Made by a program: the position numbers and the translations under genes | Notes under the pieces: generated by a model | Database searches by the model: none | What the model saw: only the letters and a program-made list of their open reading frames with translations | What the model was told of the DNA's origin: nothing | DNA from: Ruditapes philippinarum | Lineage: Eukaryota | Assembly: GCF_026571515.1 (NCBI RefSeq) | Contig: NW_026861111.1 | Coordinates: 1 to 64,000 of the forward strand | Direction: 5' to 3' | Length of the DNA stretch: 64,000 nt | Shown: piece after piece, positions 28,586 to 42,800 of the stretch | How positions within the stretch are numbered: position 1 is the first letter of the stretch | Layout: each line of letters opens with the position of its first letter

Positions 28586-28940
28586 CAGTGTTTTTTCTCT
28601 ACTTTGGGAATAGTGCCCGGGTACCAGACTGATTTGGGAAAAACTGTTATTTTTACTTAAATTGGGAATTGTTGTAATATGCATTTTTCAGCTACAAATA
28701 AGATAAGTCTTCATGAATAAAGACAGCTAACAGCTTCCACTGTCCATGTAGAACTATTGAGTGGTGATTTATATGAATATGTTGGATTTAAATGATTTCA
28801 GAGAAATCTCTTGGCTTTGTGGGAATTTTAAACAGCCATTTTAAGAGTTTAAACATTGGAAATTGGGAATTTAATGTACATTTTCTATTGGGAACAGTGC
28901 CTTTTTAGGGTAGTAATTATATAAAGAAAAAAAAATACTG
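28586..28940. mobile_element. Possible hAT-like MITE
   Basis: Termini cagtgtttttt...aaaaaatactg with internal ttgggaa motifs; TSD not clean. Confidence 0.4.
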
Positions 28941-29157
28941 TGAATGTCTGTCACTGCTTTAAATTATGATTTGCATTGTATATCAATGTATTCTGCATGC
29001 ATGCTCAGTTTTCTGTCAATCTTTAACTTGACAGCCTAAACTATATTGAGAGCTGCCCTAGTCCTAATCACCCCAGCATTTCATAGCTTCAACTATGTCG
29101 GTATACAGATTTCAAATTAAAGTGTTTTTGCAGTATTTTTTTTTCTATTTGTTCCTT

Positions 29158-31641
29158 TTTTAGCTCGACTATACTAAGTATATGGAGAGCTGTCCTACAC
29201 GCCCCAGCGTCTGCATCCGCGTCCGCGTCCAGATTTCAGATTCAAGTTTTGGTGCAGTAAAATATTTTTCACGGTAACGTTTTCATTTCTTAAGGTACCA
29301 ACTTCAAATATATGATCCTTATCATTAACCACATCTTATGTGACAAGGTTCATAACTCAAGCACCAATATTTTCAGATTTATCTCCCCTTGAACTTAGAA
29401 TTTTCCTTAAAAAAATATTATTTTTTACTGTAACGAGATGGTGAGCTTTTGTGATCGCTTTTTTTCCGGTGTCCGTCCGGCATCCGTCCGTCCGACAGTA
29501 AACTTTTATTATAAACGACATCTCCTCATAATCGGCTTAGGCAATTTCATCCAAACTTCACAGGAATGTTCCTTTGGTAGTTAACTTTAAAAATTGTTCA
29601 AAGAATTTAATTCCATGCAGAACTCTGGTTGCCATGGAAACCGAAAGAAAAAACTAAAAAAAAACTTCTTTAAAAAAAACTGAAAGAGCTAGTGCTTAAA
29701 TATTTGGCATGAAACATCATCTAGTCAGAGTCTACCAAGTTTGTTAAAAAAATAGCCCTGGGATCAAAATTGGCCTGCCCCGGGGGCCATTGATTTTCCT
29801 AACTTGTATATAGTAAAATCTTAAAAAATCTGCTTTTGAAAAATTCAAATACTTACAGCTTTGATTTTTGGCATGAAACATCTTCTGGTAGGTGTGTACC
29901 AAGTTTATTCAAATAAAAGCCCTAGGGTCAAAATTGGCCCCGCACCAGGGGGTCATTGTTTTCCATATATGTATATTGTAAAAAACTTTAAAAAAATCTT
30001 TTGAAAAACCCAAAATAGCAAGAGCTTAGATACTAAGCATGAAATATCTTCTAGTGGATGTCTACCAAGATTTTTCAAATAAAAAACCTAGGGTCAAAAT
30101 TGGCCCCGCCCTGGGGTTCATTGTTTTCCATATATGTATATAATAAAAACTTAAAAATCTTCTTTTAAAATACCCAAATAGCTACAGCTTAGATATTAAG
30201 CATGAAACATCTTCTGGTGGGTTTCTATTAAGTTTATTCAAATAAAAGCCCTCTGGTCAAAATTGGCCCTGTCCTATGGGGGTCATTGTTTTTCCTTTTA
30301 TGTATTTAGTAAAAACTTTAAATCATCTTTTAAAAACCCAAAGAGCTAGAGCTAAGATATTTAGCATGGAACATTTTCTAATGGGTGTCTACCAAGTTTG
30401 TACAAAAAAGGGCTCCGGGGTTGAAATTGGCCCCGCTCCGGGGTTTATTAATTTCTTTATGTGTATAATAAAAACTGAAAAAATATTCTTTTAAAATCCC
30501 AAAGAGCTAGAGTTTAGATACCTAGCATGAAATATCTTTTAGTGTTTGTTTACCAAGTTTGTTAAAAAAAAGCCCTGGGGACAAAATTGGCCCCGCCCGG
30601 GAAGGGGGGGATTATTGTTTTTCCCTATATGTGTATCCCCAAAGCGCTAGAGTTTTTTTTATTTATCATGAAACATCTTCTAATGAGTGTCTACACCAAC
30701 ATTGTTCAAATAAAAGCCCTTGGGTTAAAATTGGCCCTACCCAAGGTGCCTATATACAGGTGAGCGATTTCATGGCCATCATGGCCCCCTTGTATTACTA
30801 AAGGGATCAACTGCATACTTCAAATATATGTTCCTTATCATCAACCACATCTTATGTGACAAGGTTCATAACTCTAACACCAATATTTTCAGATTAATCT
30901 CCCCTTGAACCTCGAACTTTATGCTTCAAATATGTGTTCCTCATCAGCAACCACATCTTATGCGACAAGGTTCATAACACTAGCGCCAATATTTTCAGAT
31001 TAATCTCCCTTGAACCTCGAATTTTCCTTAAAAAAACATTATTTTTTACTAAAACTTCTTTATTACCTAAGAGATCAACTTCATACTTCAAATATATGTT
31101 TCTTATCATTAACCACATCTTATGTGACAAGTTTCATAACACTAGTACCAATGTTGCAAGAATTATCTCCCCGTTAATTTAGACTTGTTTATTTGAAAAA
31201 TGTTATTTTTTACTATAACTTCTTTAGTTTTAAAGGTATCTACCTCAAACTTCAAATACTTATTCCTTTTCATCAACCATATCTTATGTGATAAGGTTCA
31301 TAACTCTTGAAGCAATATTTTCAGATTATCTCCCTTTGTACTTAGAAATTTCTTAAAGAAATATTTTAACTTATTTACTTTTTAAGGTATCTACTTCAAA
31401 CTTCAAAAATATATTTCTTATCATTACACACATGTTGTGTGACAAGGTCCACAACTCTAGTGTGACTATTTCCAGAATTTTTCCCTCTTAAACTTGGAAT
31501 TTATATTAACAACAATACATTTTTGTCATAAGAAGAAGTATATTTATAGCATAATTGATTTTTCTTTTATAGTTTTGTATTCCTTACTGTGTCCAGTATT
31601 TAATTAGTCGAGCTTCGCTGTCTCCTGTGACAGCTCTTGTT
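29158..31641 (+). mobile_element. Helentron-type element (outer) carrying a nested element
   Basis: 5' ttttagctcgacta with (gcgtcc) microsatellite. 3' tagtcgagc, hairpin gctgtc-tcctgt-gacagc, then tcttgtt. The core repeat (atcaaccacatcttatgtgacaaggttcataact) occurs on both sides of the insert. Confidence 0.8.
29440..30795 (+). mobile_element. Nested Helentron-type element with a ~165-bp tandem array
   Basis: ggtgagcttttgtgatcgc plus (gtcc)n head, aaaattggcccc repeats, and 3' caggtgagcga...ggccatcatggcc hairpin...cttgt. Confidence 0.8.
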
Positions 31642-31935
31642 TCTCAGGGTATCAACTTTAAATTTTGAATATATTGTATGGCTCTAACCTTTTTATTTTG
31701 TTCAAGGATTTACTTCAACATTAAATTTAATAAAATTCAGCGATTTAATTCAGATTTAAAAAAAAAGGTTTGTTATCAAAGCATTATCATGTGAAATTAG
31801 AATTCCTGTATAATCTAGAACTATTTCTATTTAAGAAATAATATATCCCAAACTGTGATTTTATTGCTCAATAACATCACTGTTTGGAGTTCGGATGCGG
31901 GGAATTATATCACGAGGTTATATCACGAGGGCGTA

Positions 31936-34805
31936 GCAAGTGCTTCAATTATCGACAGTCTATAGTTATCGACAGTTTTATTATTTTTCATTATTTAAAA
32001 TTTTCAAATTAACTTGTCAAACACATTTGAGGTAATCTTTTCCATGAAACACTATCTGCACATTCTTTTTGCTATTTTGCAAAAGTCCACGGAGTTTGGT
32101 CAAGTTAAATTTGCATGCATTTTACAACCGTTGCATCAATTTGTTTACTAGACAGGACAGCTCACGTCACAGGGTAAGGGGGCAGGGGACATATTCGAAT
32201 GATGGCCCCGGTCAAATTTTTTAATAACTCAGACATGGTGTTTTGAAGGTACTGATAACTTCTGATATTTCTCTGTCATTGTAATTCTTTTTTGTTTGTG
32301 TGTAGGAAATGAGATATATTTTTGGGTTTTTACCCGAAACTAAGCATTTTGGTAGCTTTGTATGTATTTCGGACTCTTCGAATGGAGGTGAAAAAGTTAA
32401 AAATCAAGCTTTGACAGTTGGCGCCAAACAAGTAAGAAATTTCAGATAAATTTTGTGAAAAATCTAAACGTATGACAGACACTTTATTTGTCATTTCTGA
32501 AAATGCCATAGCTTGCACTGCGTGTTACTGATATTTTTAAAGGAATCGTGCGGATTCTGGAGTATGCTGCACCTTCATGAAGATTGCCCATATTGGTATA
32601 TTTTAGGTGTGATTTTGGCTGGGTGGGGGTAAATACAAATTGCTGTCAGTCATTTTTTGAAGGAGCAATGCATGCAAACTATTATTTTCTTCAATGTATG
32701 TCATATATCATTGAATAATGCTGTGCAACTGGTTATCTGCCTGTGAAACAGATTTTGAAATATTTGGAATTGTGTTTCTGGTCACACTGAAATACAAAAT
32801 TTTTCATTTTTAGGTCCCCTGCCCCCTAAGGCAGACAGTTACGTAATATCTTAAAATTGTGATTTTCACTTTATTTTTCCAAGAGTTATTCCACTTTGTT
32901 TAGTCTTATATTAGATGTGTATGGGTTACAGACCACTAAATATGCAATATTAACGGTATTGATACAGTTGTAGGGGGGTGTCGATAACTATGTCCAGTAA
33001 ACAGATAGGTCTACAGTTATCGACACTTTGCAATTTTTAAATAAAAATTTATGTTTTAAAAACAATTTTATTGAAGAGTATAAAAATTATGTAACTATAT
33101 AGAATATCAATGTTTTATTTAATTATCCATTTACATATAATGTTATACAGTAAACATTTAATTCTACCTCAGACTTTTAAACTTTAAAGATGATAGGTTT
33201 CAATACAGTCATGAAAGAATATTACTCCTGTTCTAGACGTCATCTCAAAATCATAAGTGTCCAATACTTGCAACCCAAAATGAGGGGAAGTTGAAGTCAA
33301 CTACGAGATGTAATGGGATGTCGAAGGTAAAAGCTGCCAGGCTATATAGGGTTCCAAGGACCACCCTTTTAGATAACCATTTGGGAAGATTTCCTAAAAT
33401 GCCAACAAGACCCGGACGTCAGTCAGTTTTGACTCCTGCTGAGGAGAAAGCTCAAATAAACTATGCAAATCTGATGGTAAAAGCTTTACCTTGAATTTTG
33501 GAATATACTCTGTTGAAATCAGAAAACAAAAACTATATGCTGAAATACTCTATGAAGTGCACCTTTTAATGATGTTATGGTTCATGTATTTTATACTACA
33601 AATGTATGTAATTTTGATAACTTCTTAAATAAAACATTTCAAATCAAATTTCCTGATATATATTAATAGGTTCTTCATCTATTTTAAACTCATTTGCCAT
33701 GACTATGAATCTTTATTTTATATTTCAGGTTGTTCATTATCCAAGAAAGAGATTTTGACTAAGTTCTTAAGTCATCAGGCCTTTTCCCCTTAATATCTCC
33801 TGAAGGCAAGTGGGTCCATCTGACTCTGAGCTTATAGTAGCAACTACATGTACTTCAACTGTCTCAGACAAGTCTTCTGCCTTCAATAAACTCATTATCC
33901 CTGAAATAAAGAAAAGAAAATCAGTTCCATTAGAAATAAAATCCCAAAAGTGTTGTAAGGTTCTGCTGCTTTGAATTTGTTAATGTGAGAGAAAGTAAGA
34001 GAATAGCAGAAGAAGAGAAGGGTCCTTAGTAAGAAAGACAAAAAGATAAAGCAAGAAAAGTGAGAGACAAAGAGAAAGAAAGAAAGAGGTGTAAAGATAA
34101 TTAAGAAAGAAAATAAAATTGATAGAAAAGAAAAAAAGGTAGAGGCATATATATGCCAGCAATACCTCTTCTGAGGAAAATATACCTTGCATGGATTCAG
34201 ATGATGATGATGATGATGATGGTGGTATTCAAATGCAAATTAACTATGTCAGTATAGTATCTTATACTTACATCAAAGGTATGTTACCTTATACATGTAT
34301 TTACATCACAGTCTATACTATCTCTGCTTGCATCAATATATCTGAATAAAAAATTGAAATTGGTTATTGACTTATCATTTTATTTTTCTTAAAATTTAGG
34401 GGTCTGCAACTTGGGTTCAAAGTTCAATTTAATTTTAAAAAAATAAACTGCAAACACATGCAAATCAGATTTATTAATTTAAGTAAATACTTTTTGCAAT
34501 ATAATAATTGTCATGATATTATAAACCATATTACTTATCAATATGTCCATTAAAAAGGATTAGTGTCCTCAATTAAAAAGTACCTGTCAATAATTGTGTC
34601 CATGTGTCGATAACTACAGCCTTAGAATTAGTAGTTGCTACCGAGTGTCACGCTGTGTAAAAATAATTGGAACCGGGAAATACCCTTCTAAACAACCAAT
34701 CAACGATTGTTTTACATAGTAGAATTCAATCAAATGGAAATAAACAAATCGATAATTGTACGTTAGCTTTTTTAGGTTAACCTGTCGATAACTGTAGCAC
34801 TTGCC
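31936..34805 (+). mobile_element. Pogo-like DNA transposon, internally deleted
   Basis: TIRs gcaagtgcttcaattatcgacag / ctgtcgataactgtagcacttgcc, flanked by TA. ORF 33291-33494 encodes a psq-type HTH (KAARLYRVPRTTL) and the start of a CENP-B-type HTH (LTPAEE). K/E-rich and poly-Asp remnants at 34000-34220. No DDE core seen. Confidence 0.8.
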
Positions 34806-34867
34806 TAAGACTTGATAAAATGGTATCTGTCATTATTCACACCATGTATGACAAGGTTCTTAACTGT

Positions 34868-35130
34868 AGCATCGTGGCCGAGTGGTTAAGGTCTTTGACT
34901 TCAAACCCCTTGTCCCTCACCGCTGTGGGTTCGGGTTCTGACAGGGACTTTGGATTTTTTCATGTGACGAAGCTATCCAGCTAGCTAACGGAACGCCGGT
35001 GGTTCTACTCAGGTGCCTGTTCGTGAAATAATGCAATGGTCTGGTCTTCCTCAACCAGTTAAGCGGGAACGTCGCCAAATGACTTATACTGTGTCGGTGT
35101 GATGTAAAACCCAATCAAATAAACAAACAA
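34868..35130 (+). mobile_element. tRNA-derived SINE resembling bivalve Meta-domain SINEs
   Basis: A box gtggccgagtggttaagg, B-box-like gggttcg, central gaagctatccagctagctaacggaacgccggtggttctactcaggtgcc, and an (aaac)n tail. Family name is from memory. Confidence 0.8.
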
Positions 35131-37889
35131 ATTTATTTCAAGAGTAATAAGAATAATTTCTTCTTTGAACTTATATATTTACTTTAAACATTACTTGCTC
35201 TTATCATTTTTGTTACTGAATGAATAATGACTCAGTAATCCGATTGTTGCCTTTTAATCCAATAGAGCATAGAAATGTATGTTTAACTTTAATTGACATG
35301 GTATTATGCAAATTATGTGGTGGTGCAAATAAATTGTATATATGAGTGTTTGCTTGATAATTTGATACAGTTGATATATTTGTATCATCTGCGTCAATTT
35401 AGTCGAGCGTGCTTTCTATTTGTTAATATCACTGTGCTTTGAAATAAGTAAATTAACAAAATAAATGCATGTAAAATCAAGTCATGGCGGTTACGGCCGG
35501 AATAGTTTTACACGTACTAGTTTTAACGTTTAATTTTAGGCTTATTGTGCTTAGCATTTCTAGACCTTTCATTGATTAGGCAAAAGTATCGATTTTTTTT
35601 TCTATTCTGTATCGCTAATTTTTGACAGAAAAATATCAATGATACATCAATATCATTTCTATAAGTAATCATGTAATTTACAGGCATGACCATACATTAC
35701 AAAACATCAAGTATTATTAGGAAGTCAATTATGCATTGATGCCAATTCATTTTTGTCAAATAATACAATTAGTCGCAAACTCAAAAATATATCGAATGTG
35801 TTTGCAATTCTAATCTTAATTGCAATAACAGTTTTTTTTTCATTTGCGAAACCAGAGGTCAGTGGATCTTCTTGAATTTTTACTGGTTCCTTAACTTTAA
35901 GCCTGTTGGCGTCAACATATTCTACCAATGTGACCATAATGCAGACCATGATCAGCCGGCACATATATTAGTATTTTCAAAGTTGTCCATATGGTAAATT
36001 GTTCTATCCAGATTTAATGATTTACAAGTCTATTAAAGTAAATTGGATTGGTCATCTTGAAAATTGACAACAACACAGTATATTGTTTTAACAATGTTAG
36101 AATAGGAAATTCCTGCTACATAATGTTATAACAATGACCTATTGCTTTCCTTTATTTCAGAAAATCAGCTATAATAAATCTACAGAGACAATGAGGACGG
36201 TCATAACTGTTTGGCTTTTTATCCGTCAATCTCCGGATGATGATAACAACGAGCTATTCCGAATAACAAAGATGTTAAAGTTCTTAAATAGATCTAGTTC
36301 ATTATTATGACTTCACACCTGATACCTGGCTGTACGGGGACAGACATCGAATAAATTTGCAGCAGAAAAGTCCGCCCTTGCCAATACATTGGATAGCATT
36401 CTGGTTCCTGGCCCTATGGAAACATAATAGAAAACGTTTGCATTACACAGTTATCTCGTATCTGTTTTTACAATTAGAATTTGAATCTTAAAAGACAATT
36501 ACACCAAGACCACTGTCAAATATTCCAGTATTCCTTCAAAAAATGTATGTTGAAATAATTTAATTTAATTATATATACATGTATAAATCTGTTTCTTTAA
36601 TTTAAGAATGACATTATATGACAAGAATTGTTAAATTATTTATTATGAAAGGCACATTATGCTTCAGAAATACTATAAGTTTTATTTCTCCAAAACATTT
36701 TTATTTTAGTAAACTTGTTACAGTTTCGAAAAAAATACTTGTTTACCATACACATTAACTATTTTTTGCTGATTTTTGTTTTGTTGCCAATGGGAATAAT
36801 TATAGTGAATTAGAATTTTGTATGGAAGTCAAAATACTACTTTGATTACATTTTGCTATCTTTACAATTCATTACTGCATCTTCAGTGCTATCTATTCAC
36901 TTGTTAAACATGTAACATGCTCTTAAACCATTATCAAAACATTATGAAACAAGTGCTTGACTTTTCTAGAGAATATTGATTTGATTGTGCTTTTTTTAGT
37001 ATAGGGTAATGTTTGTTAATTAGCATTAAGGGAATTAGGTTGCTCTGGCCTGGGGTAGCCAAATGACAGATTTAGTATTGTCCGATAAGTATCGACAGCT
37101 TTAGTATTGACCGATTAAATATTGGTTAAAGTGTAGCTGTTGTCAGCAATGATTAAGGAAACTACATTTGTCTGGCGCGACACATTCGTGCAACCTATTT
37201 AATGGAATGCTGACTTAACAAACACAAGCCTACTAAGTGGTTATATTATGATTTGAATCTTTTCTCAAAGGGAGTATGATACATTGATTTAAATAGATAA
37301 TGCTAAGTAACAAAAAGGTGCCGATAAAATAAACTAAAATTAAAAAGCACCACTAAATTTGAAACAAAAAATAACTATCTCATTAGACAATACATAATTT
37401 CAACCACTAATTCTAGCATTATATGTATTACAAATGTATAGTTTTGTAAATAGTTCTTGAATTGTATTTAATTTTTTACATATTTGTCTTTTACAGCTAA
37501 GCACTTATTTTTAATAATTCAATTTTCTGAACAAAATTGTACAAGTAACCTTTTTTTTATATTGATGATACCTTTTTTGTATCTTTTACACGATATCAAT
37601 GTATAGGAAGTACGTTATAATTAATAAGGTTTTTGGCAGGTTATATTCCCCAGTATAACAATTTAAGCTTTAAGTATATAACCCAAGTTGCCAGGTGATG
37701 GTTATATAGCAAACAACTTTTCATTAGTCTTTATATTCAAATTAAGATATTTCTTTCCTGTCGCCATTATTTTGAAACAAATCAATTTGCACTTGCTACA
37801 ATCATGTTTATTCTTAGATATAAAGATTCTGAATTTGTTACGGCTGTTTGGGTTTATAACCCGAGCTGCTAGGCGAGGATTATATAGAG

Positions 37890-38042
37890 GATATTTGTTT
37901 AGTTCAGTGTAAGATCGAAATATATTTCACAGAGTGAGCACCAAAAGGTATATTTCACGTGTGACACAGCCACGAGTGAAATATGAACTTTTGGTGTTCA
38001 CAAGGTGAAATATATTTCAATCTGACACTAAACTAAACAAAT
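37890..38042. repeat. ~150-bp imperfect palindrome, probably a non-autonomous DNA element
   Basis: atttgttttagttcagtgt...gaaatatatttcac...caccaaaag...atatttcacg / cgagtgaaatat...cttttggtg...gtgaaatatatttc...acactaaactaaacaaat. Confidence 0.6.
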
Positions 38043-41014
38043 TTTCTTTTTACCACATGCAAAGAAACGTTTTATAAAGACAATAAAACCTAATACAAAT
38101 AATAATACAACGTGACGTCAATTACGACGTCACGTCATTAAGTTGGTACCCAGTACTGTGCACGCTGGTATTTCACTGAAACAACGTAAGGGGCTTAAAT
38201 TAAAAACAGTGAAATTATCAAAGTGGTATTTTCACTGTTTCAAACAGTTTTATATCACTGATATATTTCTATAAACCACCGAAAAGCATGTAATAAATTG
38301 CTTACAACCGTTTATATAGAATCTTATAATGAATTTGTTATACAGAAAACTTCCTTCATTACAGAAAAATATATATTTCATACATTGACAGAGCGGTGTA
38401 TTTAGTATACATAAATGTCATGATTATCCTATGAAAAGTGACACATCAAGTATGCAGTATTATAAAGATTAAACATGTATATATTGTTTATTTGAGTTAC
38501 CATTGATTCATTTTTAGTTGGTGAATGTTTTATCTTTTTATAATAACCATTGTTCGGAGTAATATCACACTTTTAAGCTGCATGCCTCATAGATAAGGAC
38601 TACTATAGGATATTGTACAATTTGGAGTTAAATTGATAACAATGTTAGCAGACTTGAGTATTTTAATGACAATACATAGTTCACTTCTGAACAATAGCAT
38701 TCTGCAACATGAAATTGCAAATTTATCCTAAACTGTACGTAATAATTATAATGGATAAATATGATACGAATAGCAACAGATCTTCAGATTCATGCTAATT
38801 TTCATGAAAAATTTGAAAATGTATTTAAAAGTAAAATACATGTATATTGTGAGGTGAACATTGAAAATAATCTACACATTACAAATGTTGCTTTAATACA
38901 ATCCATGTAAATAACCAAAAAGAATTCAAAATATGCTGCAATACACATTCCTGTGTTAGTAACGCAGCAGTAGTATGGTCATGTTTTCAGTAAAATTTAC
39001 CATTAATTATTCAATACATGTAAATTATTAATTGAATCTTAAACTCTTTTAATTTCCTTATAATCTAAGAACATTGTTCTCAAATTTGATTTTATTTGAA
39101 TATTTTAGCTCATTTGGATACGTTACGATGCCTTAAACTCCTGATTTTATATAAGTAAAATCAAAGTATATATACATGTATATTATAATAAATGTTCTAT
39201 AAGTAACTATGTGACATTAACAATGACAATATATTTTCTTTTGCATTAAACATTGTACAAATGTTAGCAACATCAAAACGATGAAAACAGATTCCAATAC
39301 TGTAATATGAAAATATGTTTTATATTAAAAAATGCGAGATGAAAATGTTGACCGTATCGGGTGAATATGCTACGTCGAGTAACATACCTTGTATATATAT
39401 TATAAAGTAAATGGGTGCTGGAAAGTTATTTTGTTCTTGATGATCAAGGGGCGTTTATTCTATGATAATTTGGCCATTGTTGACATGGCAAATGTGCCGC
39501 ATGCCTGTGTTAGATATCTGGTGCTAAAATATATTTGCTGCTTCAGGAAATATTTTGAGTGTTGAATAGTTAGTCTGCGTGTTGTCCTTGTTAGAGTTGA
39601 ATAGAAGTGATAGTTCATTTACAAGTACACAGAAATCTTAGACATCTGGTACTAAAAATACTTTATTGCTTCAGTAAAACCTCTTGGACAAATGTTTTAT
39701 AGGGAATACTTTATTTTGAAGATGTTATTGAAAGGGTTGATTTTTGATTTTTTATTAGAGATAAGAGATTGTTGATTTGAAATATTAAAGTAAGAAATAA
39801 GAGATATGTTTAGGAATATAAATTTTAGTTTGATTGAAAGTAAGTATGAATAAAGTTCCTTCTTGAAATATGTATTTTAGATACTTTAAGAATAAGTTTG
39901 AAATTTTTATTATGCATTTTATAATTTCTGAAATTATTTATTAAGTTGCTATCTAATCAAAGGTTAAGAAACCCCATCAAATGATTATACTTGAATATTT
40001 CAAATCATTCTGAATAAGTATCCCAAGAAAAATTATATATTTATATTTAAGAATATTAAGATTTTATTTTGTAGCACTTGAATAACAATTTACCGCTCGG
40101 TACACGCTACACAAAGAACAGTAACTCAGTCTTGCCTAAGTTTGAAATAATTGCACTTTGATTACAGATAAAATAGTAATTAATTTGAAATTTCATTCAA
40201 GACAAGATATCTAACGATTATGTCTACTCCCCTGTTTATAATTTGAATACTTATTTTTTGTTCACTCAAAACGCTTGGGTTATATTTATGCATGAATATT
40301 TTTCAAAGATTAGAGCAAAATGCCAAAACAGACAAAATTGAAAACAACAAGAACAAAAAAAAAAAACAACAAATGTTGCAGGCTCGGAGCTTTTAAGACT
40401 ATTGCCCATTCATATGTCTTTGTTAATTTACAGTAATTGATAGACATTATTGCACCAAGGGAGATAACAATATTGTGTTATTGTTACTCATAAACATAAT
40501 TTTAACAAGAAAGATAACTATATCATGTCATTGTTGTACATTACTGTAATTATTAGACATTAAATTTTCACAAAGGGAGATAAAAATATTGTGTTATTGT
40601 TGTTCATAAACAATAATTGTCAAGCATAATTCCAACAAGGGAGATACCTATATCATGTCACTTTTTTGTTTAAATGATTAAACTGTTGGCAGTAAACTTA
40701 GCAATTAGGATATTTTAACATTACATTTCCTTGCTTAATGATTAATGTTCAATGCTTATAGAATATTGTTTTCAATGTATTTAATGATAATAAAATTGTG
40801 TAAGAAGAGTCTACTTTTTCTTATCAATAACACATGTACTTACAATGGCGGCCTTGATGTTAAAACGCCTGCAGTTTACCCAGTTATTCTGGGTTTGAGC
40901 TTTACTGGAAGAAATTAATTTTTTTATGACACCAGTACTGGATAGTCCAGGAAATTGAGTCAAGAATTTTATTTATTTTACAATTTTCTTAGCAACGGAG
41001 CTAAAATGATATAG

Positions 41015-42800
41015 ACAATAGCGATCAGTGATCACATGTGTCGCCTCATAATAGCCATAATCATTTATAATCATATTATTTTTATCATAAATCATTTAAC
41101 CTAAAAACATGTGTAATATGCACAATAACTTGAGCTTCAGGTCAATCCTGTAGTTTCATTGAAATTGCATTAGTGGTCTGGACATGTGATAAAAATTAAA
41201 ATCATAAAAGAGACATTACTTTGACAAAATCAATGAACCAAATATGTCAATGAGATGCACAAGTAGACCTGGTATTGGTAATTCCTGTAAAGTTTTGATA
41301 AAATTGCACCAATAGTTTCTGAGGAGTAGTCCTGACAAGCTTCTGTGTAGCTGGCAACACAAAAAACACCATTTTATTCAAGGGCCATAACTCGGCTCGA
41401 ATCATTCAAGCAAAAAACTTGTGTATTATGCACAAGAACTTTACCTTCTAACCAATCTTGTAAAGTTTCAACGAATAAGTGGTATAAGAGAAGTAGTACG
41501 GGCAAAGTTTATTAACACTCTTTTCATTCAAGGGCTACAACCCGGCCAAAAAATCAAGTTGAAAACCCGTGTAATTTGCGCAAATACTAGACCTATCAAT
41601 AAACCCTGTAAAGTTTCATTGATATTGCATTAGTGGTAACAGAGAAGTAGCTCAAAAATGATTAAAGGGCCATAATTCCGACAAAAAACATTGGACCATT
41701 AAAAGCTGATGATATACACAACTACACTTGGTACTGATCATTCCTGTAAAGTTTGTATGAAATGCACCAGTGCTTTGTGAGAAGTAGTCCGGACAAGCTA
41801 CTGTATAGTTGGCAACACACACAAAAACACCATTTTTATTAAAAACCATTCAACCAGACAACTCGAGTTATGTGCGCAAGTACTTGAACTACCAATCAAT
41901 CCGACATTGCAATAGTGGTGTTAGAGGAGTAGTCCCGACAAACGTTAAAAGTAATTATTAACAAAGTGCCATAACAACAAAAAATATTGAATCAGAAAAT
42001 GCCGACTATATGCACAACTAGACTTGGTACTGACCATTCCTGTAAAACTTGAATAAAATTGCAACAGTTTTGAGGAGTAGTCCGGACAAGTAACGTACAG
42101 ACGGACAGACAGGCGACTCAGAAATTATCCCTATATGTCACCACTTCTCTGTAGAAGCGACACAAAAAATGTTATGATAATGTAGATATAATAAGGGAGA
42201 TGTTAATTAGATACTTAAAGAAATTGTGGACAATGACAACAAACAATCGGTCACACCAAAGCTCACCTTTTAGCCCTCGTGTAAGCTTTATTTATGAAAC
42301 ATTTAGTAATAAGATAATTTTCCCCTGCTTAGACAAGAACGATTGGTGATCACATGGCCTTGTGATAGCCAATTACATATTACTGCTACCGTGTAGCAGG
42401 AGACACAAAAATAGTAAAAGGGCAAAACGCGTTTTTTTCAAGGGCCATAACTAAGCCAAAAATCATTCAACTGCAAAATCTGTGTAATATGCACAAGTAT
42501 TTGTACCACTGATCAATCCTGTAAAGTATCATTGAACTTGCATCAATGATATTAGTGGAGTAATCCGGACAAATTAAAAAAAAAACATTAAAGGGCCAGA
42601 AATCTGACAAAATCATTGAACCGGAAAATGCCAACGATATGCACAACTAGACTTAGTACAGATCGTTCCTGTAAAGTTTGGATGAAATTGCAACATTAGT
42701 CTTTGAGGAGTAGTCCGGACAATTTTTTTTACGGACGGACAGACGACGAAGAAGTGATCCCTATATGTCGCCATTACTCTGTAGAGGCGACAAAAAATAC
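41015..42800 (-). mobile_element. Two adjacent Helentron-type elements with tandem cores
   Basis: Repeated tatgcacaactagacttggtactga..ttcctgtaaagttt..gaggagtagtccggacaa cores, (gacg/gaca) microsatellites, and ctatatgtcRcca...gcgaca ends at about 42160 and 42790. Confidence 0.75.

Noticed and set aside
34868-34950. Possible tRNA gene
   Set aside because: It continues into a SINE body and tail, and the acceptor and T stems are imperfect.
35725-36440. Signal-peptide-like ORF 35725-35964 and coding-looking DNA nearby
   Set aside because: No recognisable domain, stops in all frames around it, and no consistent exon chain.
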